DNA of 33,104 nt from Octopus sinensis (Eukaryota), in contig NW_021832112.1 of NCBI RefSeq assembly GCF_006345805.1, positions 1-33,104 of the forward strand, read 5' to 3'. The notes under the pieces are model-generated. The model saw nothing but the letters and a program-made list of their open reading frames with translations, had not been told where the DNA came from and did not search any database. Of this stretch, positions 12,154-23,230 are shown in pieces. How positions within the stretch are numbered: position 1 is the first letter of the stretch; each line of letters starts with the position of its first letter. The translations under genes were made by a program, and so were the position numbers.

Positions 12154-12753
12154 AGCCACAGGGAGAAAGAATGAAGGGGACACCATAAAAGCAGGTAATA
12201 ATTTGTGCTGGGATTTGTATAAAGGATGGGGAGAGAAGTGGTGTGACCAAACCCCAGAAGGAGTTACTGAGAATGAGTATTGCGAAGCCCTGTGGGATGC
12301 AATGGGTCAGTGTGAGCATCAAATAAGACATCGGAAACCTGACATTGTTGTGGTGAACAGAAAAGAAAGTCATGTCTGGTAATTGACACAGCATGTCCTG
12401 GTGACAACAGGATCGAAGAGAAAGAAGCAGAAAAAGGGAACAACTATGACGACTTGAAGAAGGAAATACACAGGTTGTGGGCAATTAAGGGAGTGGACGT
12501 GGTACCAAGAATCATGGGCAAACTTCGAAGTATATGTACCCAAATACGATCACGACTCAAAAAGATTGGAACGAATCTAAAGATAGAACACCTACAAAAA
12601 CCCTCATTGTTTGGAACTGTAAAAGTCCTCAGTAGGGTTCTTGAAGCATGGTCAATAAACAAGTGTCACCTTCGTCTTGCTCGCTGTAAACAGCTGACAC
12701 TTGCCATCATACCCAGCAAAATAAAGCTGAGATTCTTCATGATATAACAACAA
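12154..12753 (+). mobile_element. 3' fragment of an R4/Dong-clade non-LTR retrotransposon (restriction-like endonuclease domain), frameshifted
   Basis: From 12239: WCDQTPEGVTENEYCEALWDAMGQCEHQIRHRKPDIVVV; after a frameshift: CLVIDTACPGDNRIEEKEAEKGNNYDDLKKEIHRLW...VVPRIMG...LFGTVKVLSRVL. This is the PD..D RLE pattern typical of R4/Dong. Ends in (AAC)n. Confidence 0.85.
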
Positions 12754-12770
12754 CGGTACACGGACGTCAA

Positions 12771-12936
12771 ATGCACTTTTACCGAAGGACAAGAAGCTGC
12801 AGCCAAGAAGCCGAACGGACACTATGCCGAACGGACAAGATGCCGAAAAGACAAACGAAAATTAGAATTTAATCTCGTTAAATCTTAAGTGCCAAATTGG
12901 TGAATTGGTCTTTAAACCACGTTGGTAGGAATGTTG

Positions 12937-13015
<79 letters not shown>

Positions 13016-13075
13016 GTCCGTTCGGTTTCTTGTCCTTCGGCAAAAGTGCATTCGGCATCCTGTCCGGCATCCTGA
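12771..13075. repeat. Foldback-like inverted repeat with internal GCCGAACGGACA subrepeats
   Basis: ATGCACTTTTACCGAAGGACAAGAA...CCGAACGGACAC (12771-12822) is the inverse of 13014-13051; the spacer contains (TTA)n(TTG)n. Confidence 0.55.
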
Positions 13076-14819
13076 CTTGAATTCAAAGCTTGAGTTGATA
13101 AGAACTAATGAAGTTCTAGGGTCGATCACTTGCATTGTTTTCTTATCCTAAAATCTCTCATCTAATACCAGGCAGCGTATCTGGATGGTGCAATGGTAGC
13201 TCTGTTGAGCATCGGTATTAATGCCGTTGCAGTTGTTGTTGTTGTTGTTGTTGTTGTTGTTACTGCTGCAGTTGCTGGTGTTGTTGTTGTTGTGCTTTCC
13301 AATCTTTTGAATTTCATTGGCTGCAATATACATTGTCTCCCTGCACATCATTTATTTCCAAATGTTAAGATGCGATTTGAGAGGAGATTGAGCTGTTACA
13401 TCTAGTAGATCAAGGGACCACATAGAGGGCCGCTACGTCTTGCATAAATGGCGCTGGTGTTGACGATTATTGTATTAATGGTGTCAGTTTTTAGTGATGA
13501 AGACACAAATCAAATTTAGGGTTGGCAACGGCAGCAGCAGCAGCAGTAGTAATAGTTGTTGTTGCTGTGGTGGTGGTGATGGTGATGAAAGGAGTGGCGT
13601 TCTGCGTGGTTATTTGTGTTATTTATGATGGCGAGCGGAGTGCAGCGATGAAGGCGGCTCTCATTGTGTCGACAGCCTGTTTCGTGTTTATTGTTATCAT
13701 CAGTCGACTGTGTTATCGGCGGTGATGGTTGGTGATCGTGGCGGCGGCGGCGGTGATGGGGGAGGATGTTGGCGCTGGCTGCTGCGATGATGAGGACTAT
13801 GTCGTCGGCGAACGTGTTACCGTTGGCTGACGATGGTGTCGCTGGTGGCGGTGGAATCATTGGTGATAGTTACGGCAGCAATATGAATGATGATAGCAAA
13901 AGTGCTAGCAAAGCGGTGGTGGTGGTGGTGGTGGTTGCCGTAGTCGCAATTATAGTGTTGTTGTCTATGTAGTAGTGATGGTGGTGTCAGTTGCAACGGA
14001 TGCAATGGCGGCGAGTTTGTTGTTTGACAGTTTCTCTGTTGTTTTGTTTCGTTCTTCCTGTTTTCTAAGGGACAGACAGGGGCCAAGTAGAAACAATAGA
14101 TTAAGGGGCTGGCGTAGACCATATGTCGTGGCACAAAAGAAAGGGGTGGGTGGGGGACAAAATGTCCAGTGCTTATGAATTTCATGTAAGGTCCTCTCTC
14201 CCCCTCTCTCCCTCTCTCCCTCTTTCCTTCCCACCTAACTGGCAATCGATAAGCGGCACTTTTCTTATATAGACCCCACCAACGAATACGTACACCACCC
14301 GTCATCACTGCTACACACCCGTTAAACACCTAGGTTGACAACAACGATGACGACGACGACGACGATTACTACCACCACCACCACCACCACAGCTACTACC
14401 GCTACCATCGCTATCTCTATCACTGTCGCCTCTATCATTTATTTCGATCACAGCTCCGACGACGACGAACACCGACAACATCAATGCCATCACAACCAGC
14501 ATCCTCAACACCTCCACCACCACGACCATCATCATCATCATCATCATCTTCACCCGTCACCACCACCATCAACATCATCCCTGCCCCCACACCCACTACC
14601 ACCACCGCCATCACGTCTATCGCCGCTGCCTCCCTTTCACCGACACCACCAACACCTTTACCTGCACACAAAACCCAAAAGTCTTACCAGTACCACCTCC
14701 TCCTCCATAAGAGCTACAACAACAACAAAAGCAATTGCTGCTGCTACTACTACTACCAATACTACTACTATTACTTCTACTACTGCTGCTACTACTACTA
14801 CTACAACTGCTACTACTAT

Positions 14820-14861
<42 letters not shown>

Positions 14862-14890
14862 CGCTTCTGATGCTCCTCCTCCTCCTGATC

Positions 14891-14927
<37 letters not shown>

Positions 14928-14953
14928 CGCTTCTGATGCTCCTCCTCCTCATC

Positions 14954-14998
<45 letters not shown>

Positions 14999-15277
14999 TA
15001 CTACTGCTGCTGCTGCTACTACTACTACTACTACTACTACTACCACTACCACTACTTATCTATGTTGTCGCTTGGTCTGCTAGAAATAACAGTCAAATCT
15101 CCCTCATCCCGCACAAAAGTGCAGTCTTACATTCTTTGGTGAAATTCATTGGAATGATGAAACAAACGTCTGCTTGATCGGGATTTCACCACCACCACTA
15201 CAACCACCACCACCGCTGCCGCAACAACAACAACAACAGCAACAAAGAGCAGTCATGTTGTCCATTCATCTGTTATT

Positions 15278-15655
15278 GGCGCAAGCGTGGCTGTGTGGTA
15301 AGTAGCTTGCTTACCAATCACATGGTTCCAGGTTCAGTACCACCATGTGGCACCTTGGGCAAGTGTCTTCTGCTAAAGCCTTGGGAGTGGATTCGGTAGA
15401 CAGAAACTGAAAGAAGCCCGTCGTATATATATACGTGTGTGTGTGTCTGTGTTTGTGCCTAGCCCCACTTGAGAACCGGTGTTGGTGTGTTTACGTCCCC
15501 ACAACATATCAGTTCGGCAAGAGAGTCCGATAGAATAAGTACCAGGCTTTAAAAAAATATTAGATACTGGCGTCGGTTCATTTGACTAAATATTTTGCAA
15601 GGTGCTGCCCCAGCATGGCCGCAGCCTCGTGACTGAATCATGTAAAAGACATAAG
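15278..15655 (+). mobile_element. SINE family A, full length (tRNA-like head, central microsatellite, 3' module)
   Basis: Head GGCGCAAGCGTGGCTGTGTGGTAAG...GGTTCCAGGTTCAGT (A/B boxes), then (TA)/(TG), then tail ...CAGCATGGCCGCAG...AAAAGA; homologous to many other copies in the window. Confidence 0.85.
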
Positions 15656-15694
15656 ATGGAAAAAAAGAGAAAATATATTGTAGCGGAGCCAATG

Positions 15695-15885
15695 ACAAAG
15701 CCTCTACATGGTCACTCGATATGCTAGAAATAACAGCCAAACATTCATCAAATCACAACACACCGTTGTGGAAAAAGTATACGTCAGATTATGTTAGTGT
15801 TGGGTGGTCATGGCTGGAATGTCTTTGATGAAAGGTCAGTTCCATTAGGAGTGACTTACAGCTAAACATCAACATCAAGAACATC
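15695..15885 (+). repeat. Short repeat family D (GCTAGAAATAGCAGCCAAA...GGTCATGGCTGGAAT...(AAC)n); fragment also at 15055-15110
   Basis: Homologous to the decayed minus-strand units at 420-970. Confidence 0.6.
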
Positions 15886-16051
15886 AATAATTACTGTCGC
15901 CGGGCAATATGCTCCTCCCACCGGCAGCACCTTACCGCTGTCATCACTTCTGTCATCACTTCTGTCATCGCTTTTAACAATGTCATCAACGCCGCCATTA
16001 ACGACGCCATTAACGCCGTTGCCAACGACAACAAAGCCTCGTGTAATCTTA

Positions 16052-16085
<34 letters not shown>

Positions 16086-16639
16086 CTCTCTGTCTCTGTC
16101 TCTCTCTCTTCAGTACTTGTTTCTGCTTATACTGCTACCATTTATATATCTTATACTCTCACCACTACCACCGTGACCATCACCACCACTACCAACACCA
16201 GCAACAACAACAGCAGCAACGACCAACAACGACAACCTCAAATATATCCAACAACATTTTTCACACCACCACCACCACCACCACCACCATCACCACCACC
16301 ATCACCACCACCACCACCACCACCACCACCACCACCACCACCATCACCACCACCATCACCACCACCACCACCACCAACCACCACCACCACCAACACACCA
16401 CCACCACCACCACCACCACCACCACCACCACCATCACCACCACCATCACCACCACCACCACCACCACCACCACCACCATCATCGTCACCGGTGCCGCCAC
16501 CGCCACCGCCACCAGCAAACACAAGATCAACCTCATAATCTACATCTAACAGTACTTCTTACCCTACCCCGCTCACCACGACCACCACCACTTGTACTAC
16601 TCTAGTATCAGCACCATTACTACTACTACTACTACTACT

Positions 16640-16670
<31 letters not shown>

Positions 16671-16680
16671 TACCACCACC

Positions 16681-16718
<38 letters not shown>

Positions 16719-17238
16719 CACACCTCCTCCTTCTCCTCCCCATCATCCTCCTACTACTACATCAATCACTACAACATCCATGCCATCACCACCACAACCA
16801 CCACTACCACCACCACCACCACCACCACCGCCACTACTACTACTACTACTAACATCCCCGCTATCCCCTTTCCTTCTGTACTCAACACTAAGCATGACAA
16901 TCAATCAGGCCCCATTTTTTTCTCCACCCTAAAACTATCACCACCACCATCTCCACCATCACCATCACCATCACCATCATCATCATCATCATCAGAACGA
17001 CGACAACAATAACGCCAGCGGATCAGTCCGGCATTCATCTGTTATGACGCACCTATCACCTTACAGCACAACCCCCCACCCTCCGCGCCTCAACAGAAGC
17101 CGTCGGGATCAGCGATGATAAGTCAGCAGGCGAAGAGGAAGAGAGAGAAGAACAATATGGCAAAAAACAAGAAAAACAAAAACGACCTCACCTAACACGC
17201 ACACTTGTAATATAAACGTTTCATGGTTGGGCTGCAAC

Positions 17239-17280
<42 letters not shown>

Positions 17281-17357
17281 CGTTTGTCGGCTTGTCTGTA
17301 GTATAATGAATTGAATCTGTTTAGGAACACCTATGTATGTATGTGTGTGTATGTGTG

Positions 17358-17395
<38 letters not shown>

Positions 17396-17404
17396 TTATA
17401 CTTA

Positions 17405-17779
17405 TATCTTCTACTTGTTTGTCATTTGACTGTGGCCATGCTGGAGCACCGCCTTTAGTCGAGCAAATCGACCCCCCAGGACTTATTCTTTGTAAGCCTA
17501 GTACTTATTCTATCGGTGTCTTTTGCCGAACCGCTAATTTACGGGAACGTACACACACCATCATTGGTTGTCAAGCGATGTTGGGAGGACAAACTCAGAC
17601 ACACAAACACACATATATACATATATACACATATATATACATATATATACGATGGGCTTCTTTCAGTTTCCGTCTACCAAATCCACTCACAAGGCATTGG
17701 TCGGCCCGAGGCTCTAGTAGAAGACACCTGCTCAAGATGCCACGCAGCGGTACTGAACCCGGAACCATGTGGTTCGTAA
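17405..17779 (-). mobile_element. SINE family A, head-truncated
   Basis: Reverse complement of the same modules as 15278-15655. Confidence 0.85.
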
Positions 17780-18393
17780 AGATGCAAGCATATATCCGCA
17801 TATTTATGTGGTTACATGATGTCATCTTTTCCTTTTTCCGTTCGTTGAATATAACTGCCCATCCTCACAACGCTTCCCTTATGAATCAACTTCACATACG
17901 AAGGGTTAAGGCTAGTTAAGTCACTACACACCTTTCTGACTAACACCAATCACTCACCTACACGCGCATACACACACAAATACACACACACACACAGACA
18001 GAGGTGCATGCATACAAACATATATGTATGTATCATCAAATATCTTGCAGCTTATCGATTATTATCGATCAACATCAAACGGTACAACACGATATTTCAA
18101 TTTAGGTTTGATCTCTCCACTAATCCGGATCAGCTAAAATAACAGGCCAGTCATGAAGTGAGGTATTCTGTTTCAAATGACACCATAGTACCCTTTAAAA
18201 ACGTTCCACCGAGGGTCCGGCAAAATAGGGCCTAAGTCACTCGAGGGAAGAGAAGATGCAGTCCAAGTCCCAATTGTCCAAAGAATACAGGGTAGATCGA
18301 AGATTATCATCGATTAAGCCGATGGCGTTTTTAAGCTTTTCAAAAAACCCTCTGCTCGCCATTTTAAGTCCTGGTAACGGGAAATCAATTTCG

Positions 18394-18696
18394 ATTGTTT
18401 GTTCCTTCTCGAGCCACGCCTGACCCATAAGGGCCGGTTTCCCGGTTTCCTTGGCGTAAGATTTCCTACCTGGACAGGACGCCGGTCCGTCGCAGGTGAG
18501 CTGCAAGATACAGGAGGCAAGAGTGAGAGAAAGTTGTGGCGAAAGAGTCAGCAGAAGTTCGCCATTACCTTCTGCTGGAGCCGCATGGAGCTTAGGTGTT
18601 TCGCTCATAACAAACACACATCGTCCGGTCTCAGCTTCGAACCTGCGATCCCTCGACCGCGAGTCCGCTACTCTAACCACTAGGCCATGTGCCTCC
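18394..18696 (-). mobile_element. SINE family C (GGAGGCACATGGCCTAGTGG head)
   Basis: tRNA-like head with A box TGGCCTAGTGG and B box GGTTCGAAGCT; collinear, highly similar copy at 26420-26722. Confidence 0.85.
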
Positions 18697-19216
18697 ACAC
18701 ACATAGATATAGATATAACAAAAAACGCGAATGTTTTTTAATTGGTTATTACCAATTACCGCCAAATACATTACCGCCAATCATTTCTATTGTACCAGCA
18801 TATTTAGATACAGAGGAAAGGTCTAAAAGACAGGTTTAATTAATACATTCGAAAATATATGTTAACTAAACGTTACCAAGGCAATCCAAAATGCGCTAAA
18901 TTCGGGAGAACACTGAAAATATCTCCATTAACATGAGAGCGTGTAAAAATAACATTAAGAAAAGCGGGTTTAGTTTTGACGCTGTCGGTTGTTGATAAAA
19001 GAATTAAAAATAAATATAGAAACACCAAGTCACGGCAATTAGTTATCTATGTATTAAATATGCTGGAGAAAAAAATAGCAGGAAAAAAATTATGTATATT
19101 AGATTATAGGAAAAGCAATTACTTCCGTGTTAAACGAAACAAAATTCGTTTTACACTGCGTGCTTTATAGATATCGGGCTGAATTTCTTAACCCCTTCTA
19201 CACACACACACGCACA

Positions 19217-19255
<39 letters not shown>

Positions 19256-19489
19256 ACACAGATATATATATAGAGAAAGATACATACATACACAAAACAC
19301 GCGTGCACACACACACACACACATTTATAGAGAGAGGGTGTTTATTGCTAAAAAAGATTATCTACATATCTGTGTGTATGTGTATATCTATCTATCTATC
19401 TATCAATTTCTTTCTTTCCTTCTTTGTCTGTCTGTTTGTCTGTCTCTCTCTATATATAATATATATTATATACATAGTATATATAATAT

Positions 19490-19535
<46 letters not shown>

Positions 19536-19998
19536 TATATCTCTATATATATATCTATGTATATATATATATATATACATACATATATACACGTGTGTAT
19601 AGGTTTCTATTTTAAGCTCTAGTGTATGTGTGCATTTTTATATAATTTCCATTTTTGTATAATTTTCCCTGCCCCAGATTCGTCTGGAACGCCATCGTCG
19701 GCATCTCTGCAGATGCAGACACAGTCAGCAGCGCCAGAGTGCATACGCCTGCATTTAGCATAGAGTTAATCTGTTTATTTATTGCTTGTAGCACTGCCGC
19801 TCCTCCTCTGCCGCATCCATCTCCGCTGCCAACACTTCTCGTCTACGGCGGCACAACTGTACACGTGCGTACACAGATATGATAGCTTGTATTACACGTG
19901 TCACATCCGTGTGAAACCCGTGTGCCACCCGTCTGGCATCCGTGCGGCACTCTCGTTAGCATTCATTTGACAAGACATATGCCAAACATTTTTTAATC

Positions 19999-20049
<51 letters not shown>

Positions 20050-20398
20050 GTCTGTCTGTCTGTCTGTCTGTCTGCCTGTCTGTCTGTCTGTCTGTCTGTC
20101 TTTCTGTCTGTCTGTCTGTCTGTCTTATCCAGCTCTGTATATCTATCTGTCTATCCATCCATCAATCTTTGAATCTGACTACCAATATTTTCCTGTCTGC
20201 CTGTATGTCTGTTTGTCTCTCGAGAGACAGACGTCTGTATACACACACACACACACATGCACACACGCACACATGCACACACACACACACACACACACTC
20301 ACACACACACACACACACACACAAACAAACAAACATATGTATGCTTATATATGAATGCATGAATGTTCGTATATGTATATTATGCCCCCTCTCTCTGT

Positions 20399-20439
<41 letters not shown>

Positions 20440-20537
20440 GTCTGTCTGTCTGTCTGTTGTCTGTCTGTCTGTCTGTCTGTCCCTCGTTTTATCTGTTTAT
20501 CTTTATATGCACATAACCGTGTCTCTCTCTCCTTCTC

Positions 20538-20578
<41 letters not shown>

Positions 20579-21037
20579 CACACACACATTTATATAAATG
20601 TAAATACATAGTGTTCGCACGCGCGCGCATGTATGTGTGTGTGCTTGTACGAGCGTGTGTATGTGTGCGTGAGTGGTCGATCCAATTTTGTCTCTTAAGT
20701 GATTTCAAGTTCATTAATTTGGGGGTAACTCGATAGTTTCACCACCCAGCTTAACATAAGGACTTTCTTCGGGCCATTAAACAGAACCCGGGTGATTGAT
20801 GCCGTGTCCGTATTCCATGAAATCAAGAACACGCAGAGAGAGAGAGAGAGAGAAAGAGAGATAGAGAGAGAGAGAGAGAGGGAGATAGAGAGAGTAAGTG
20901 AGTGAATGAGCGAGAGGGGACAAATGAAACAATTTAAGAAATTAATTTAATATGCAACAGCAGGGTGTTGGTGGAGCAGGGTGTTAGTAACGGCAGAAAG
21001 CCATATAAAATGGCGCTTAATAATTAATAAGGTCCAA

Positions 21038-21205
21038 GGCGGTAAGCTGTCAGAATCGTTAGCACGCCGCTCTGAGTTCAAATTCCACCAAGGTCGACTT
21101 TGCCTTTCATCCTTTCTGACTAATTACCAGTTGAGCACGGCGCTCGATGAAATCGGCTTCTCCTCCCCCCACGTAATTGCTGGCCTTGGCCCCAAATTTG
21201 AAAGC
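21038..21205 (+). mobile_element. SINE family B with a candidate 17-bp target-site duplication
   Basis: GGCGGTAAGCTGTCAGAATCGTTAGC...GTCGACTTTGCCTTTCATCCTTTC; AATAATTAATAAGGTCC occurs at 21019-21035 and 21206-21222. Confidence 0.8.
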
Positions 21206-21223
21206 AATAATTAATAAGGTCCT

Positions 21224-21380
21224 TGGGGTGTGACGTTACGTTTTGAGTTCGAACCCCGCCGAAGTTAACTTCGACCCTCCTGCTTCAGAGGTCGATAAAA
21301 TGACGTACCTGTCAACTATTAGGGTCGAGTTAATCGACTGTAGCCCTTTAAACACATTTCAGGTCTTGTGTTTATGTTAG
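21224..21380 (+). mobile_element. SINE family B, diverged and head-truncated
   Basis: GAGTTCGAACCCCGCCGAAG...GAGGTCGATAAAA...GGGTCGAGTTAATCGAC. Confidence 0.6.
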
Positions 21381-21387
21381 AAATCAT

Positions 21388-21522
21388 GCTTGCTTATCAA
21401 CCACATGGTTTCGGGTTCAGTCCCACTGCGTAGCACCTTGGGCAAGAGCCTTCTACTTTAGTTCGGTCTGACCAAAGCCTTGTGAATGGATTTGGAAGAC
21501 GGAAGCCGAAAGAAGCCCATCG

Positions 21523-21597
<75 letters not shown>

Positions 21598-21789
21598 GTT
21601 TGTATCCCCAACATCACTTGACAACTGATGCTGGCGCGTTTACGTCCCTCGTAACTTAGCGGTTTTGTAAAAGAGACTGATAGAATAAGTGCTAGGCTTA
21701 CAAAGAATAAGTTCTAGGGTCGACTTGTTTGACTAAAGGCGGTGCTCCAGCATGGCTGCAATTGGATTACTGAAACAAGTAAAAGAATT
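21388..21789 (+). mobile_element. SINE family A, near full length
   Basis: Same head, central (TA)(TG)n and tail ending ACTGAAACAAGTAAAAGA. Confidence 0.85.
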
Positions 21790-21805
21790 ACTTTGAGGCT
21801 TCAAT

Positions 21806-22015
21806 GGCAGGAAGCGGGCAGAATCGGTAGCAAGCCGGACGAAATGCTTCACGGCATTTCGTCCGTCTATACGTTGTAAGTTCATTAAGGCTGCCAGAGT
21901 CGAATTTTCCTTTCATCCTTTCAGGATCAGCAGTACCAGTTGTATACTAGGATCGACGTAATCGACCCCCCACTCCCCCGAAATTGCTGGCCTTGTGCCA
22001 AAATTTGAGACCAAT
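21806..22015 (+). mobile_element. SINE family B, full length
   Basis: GGCAGGAAGCGGGCAGAATCGGTAGC head through CTGGCCTTGTGCCAAAATTTGAGACCAAT tail. Confidence 0.8.
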
Positions 22016-22281
22016 TTATCTCAACTCCAGCCCACCCTTCCGTAACTATTTTTTTATCTGTCTACTGTTGTTTTAATATATATTTTTGTATTGTTTATTA
22101 TTGAAGGTTGGGGAGAATACTGTACAGCAAAAGAAACTTCCAACAAGGTGAGACAGCGAAACGGTTTCTAATCTCAATTAAAGAACTATCCCTTACTCCT
22201 CACACTTCCTGTAAAATGATATAAAATCATATTTAATCTTTTCTTCCTCTTTCCTTTCTATCTTTCTCTCATTACAATAAT

Positions 22282-22552
22282 TACCGTATTTTAACGTGTA
22301 TAAGGAACCCCCTAAATTTTCCGGGTTTAAAATTTGGAAAAGGGGTTTTGTAATGGATTATAATATTAGGTTGTCCCACTTACGAAAATTGAATTTTTAC
22401 TCGCCAAGTACTAACAAAAACAACAAAAATTATTCCTCAAAATAAAGACCATTATTTTCCAAGACTTTCTACGAACTTTTGGGACAACCTTATACGATCC
22501 ATGTATAAGAAATTCCCATATTTTTTAAACCTATACACTTTAAAATACGGTA
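22282..22552. mobile_element. MITE with TACCGTATTTT termini (Tc1/mariner/pogo-like), hosting the 22366-22492 element
   Basis: Left end TACCGTATTTTAACGTGTATA; reverse complement of the right end TACCGTATTTTAAAGTGTATA (1 mismatch in 21). Confidence 0.65.
22366..22492 (-). mobile_element. Internally deleted mariner element (127 bp)
   Basis: TIRs TTAGGTTGTCCCA / TGGGACAACCTTA with a TA duplication on both sides; the minus strand encodes KVLENNGLYFEE*, a mariner C-terminus. Confidence 0.75.
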
Positions 22553-22669
22553 AATGTAAGCGATAAAAAAATAATAACAAATCGCATCGCAATTTCGAAT
22601 CAGTGCTGTGATGTAAACGTTTCCTTTGAATTCCAGATCTATAATGGTATTCGGCACCGTTATCTTTTA

Positions 22670-23055
22670 TCTCTTACTTGTTTCAGTTCTTAGACAGCGG
22701 CCATGCTGGGGCACTGCCTGGTAGAAATTTTAGTCGGACGAATCGATCCCAGGACTTTTTTCAATGCATGCTACTTATTCTATCGGCTTCCTTTTGTATA
22801 GCCGCTAAATTACGGGGGCGTAAACAAGCCAACGCCGGGTATGGGGGGGGAGAAACACAGCCACACGCACACACACATATATATATATATATACGACGGG
22901 CTTCTTTCAGTTTCCGTCTACCAAATCCGCTCAAAAGGCCTTGGTCGGCCCGAGGTTATAGTAGAAGATACTTGCCCCAGGTACCACGCAGTGGAACTGA
23001 AACTAGAACCGTGTGGTTGGTAAGCAAGCTACTTACCACACAACCACTTCTGCGC
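22670..23055 (-). mobile_element. SINE family A, full length
   Basis: Ends in CTTACCACACAACCACTTCTGCGC (head, reverse complement); central (CA)(TA). Confidence 0.85.
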
Positions 23056-23057
23056 TT

Positions 23058-23131
23058 AAAACGTAAAGACAGACGAAATATCGCTAAGTACTTCGTCCGG
23101 TGCGCTAACGTTTCTGCTAGCTCACCGCCTT
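23058..23131 (-). mobile_element. SINE family B head fragment abutting a family A head
   Basis: ...GCGCTAACGTTTCTGCTAGCTCACCGCC is the reverse complement of the family-B head. Confidence 0.65.
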
Positions 23132-23154
23132 AAATACACACACACACACACACA

Positions 23155-23230
<76 letters not shown>

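Larger units (their letters stand above)
13215..17000. repeat. Trinucleotide-repeat island: (GTT/GGT/GAT)n on the left, (ACC/ACT/CAT)n on the right
   Basis: Read directly; the source of the poly-T/P/G/V/L ORFs in the track. Confidence 0.9.

Noticed and set aside
14335-15177. 280-aa Thr/His/Pro-rich ORF resembling a mucin
   Set aside because: It is a translation of (ACT/ACC/CAT)n; overlapping frames on both strands are equally open, and no domain or splice support is visible.
15980-16852. Poly-Thr, poly-Pro (formin/extensin-like), poly-Gly and poly-Val ORFs
   Set aside because: All are frames of one (ACC)n tract.
17311-17919. 202-aa ORF, and similar ORFs at 22678, 24673, 30535 and 32844
   Set aside because: Translations of SINE family A; such peptides recur in automated annotations but are repeat-derived.
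18237-18741. 155-aa and overlapping ORFs
   Set aside because: Mostly read-through of SINE family C; only the non-SINE tail is kept as a low-interest finding.
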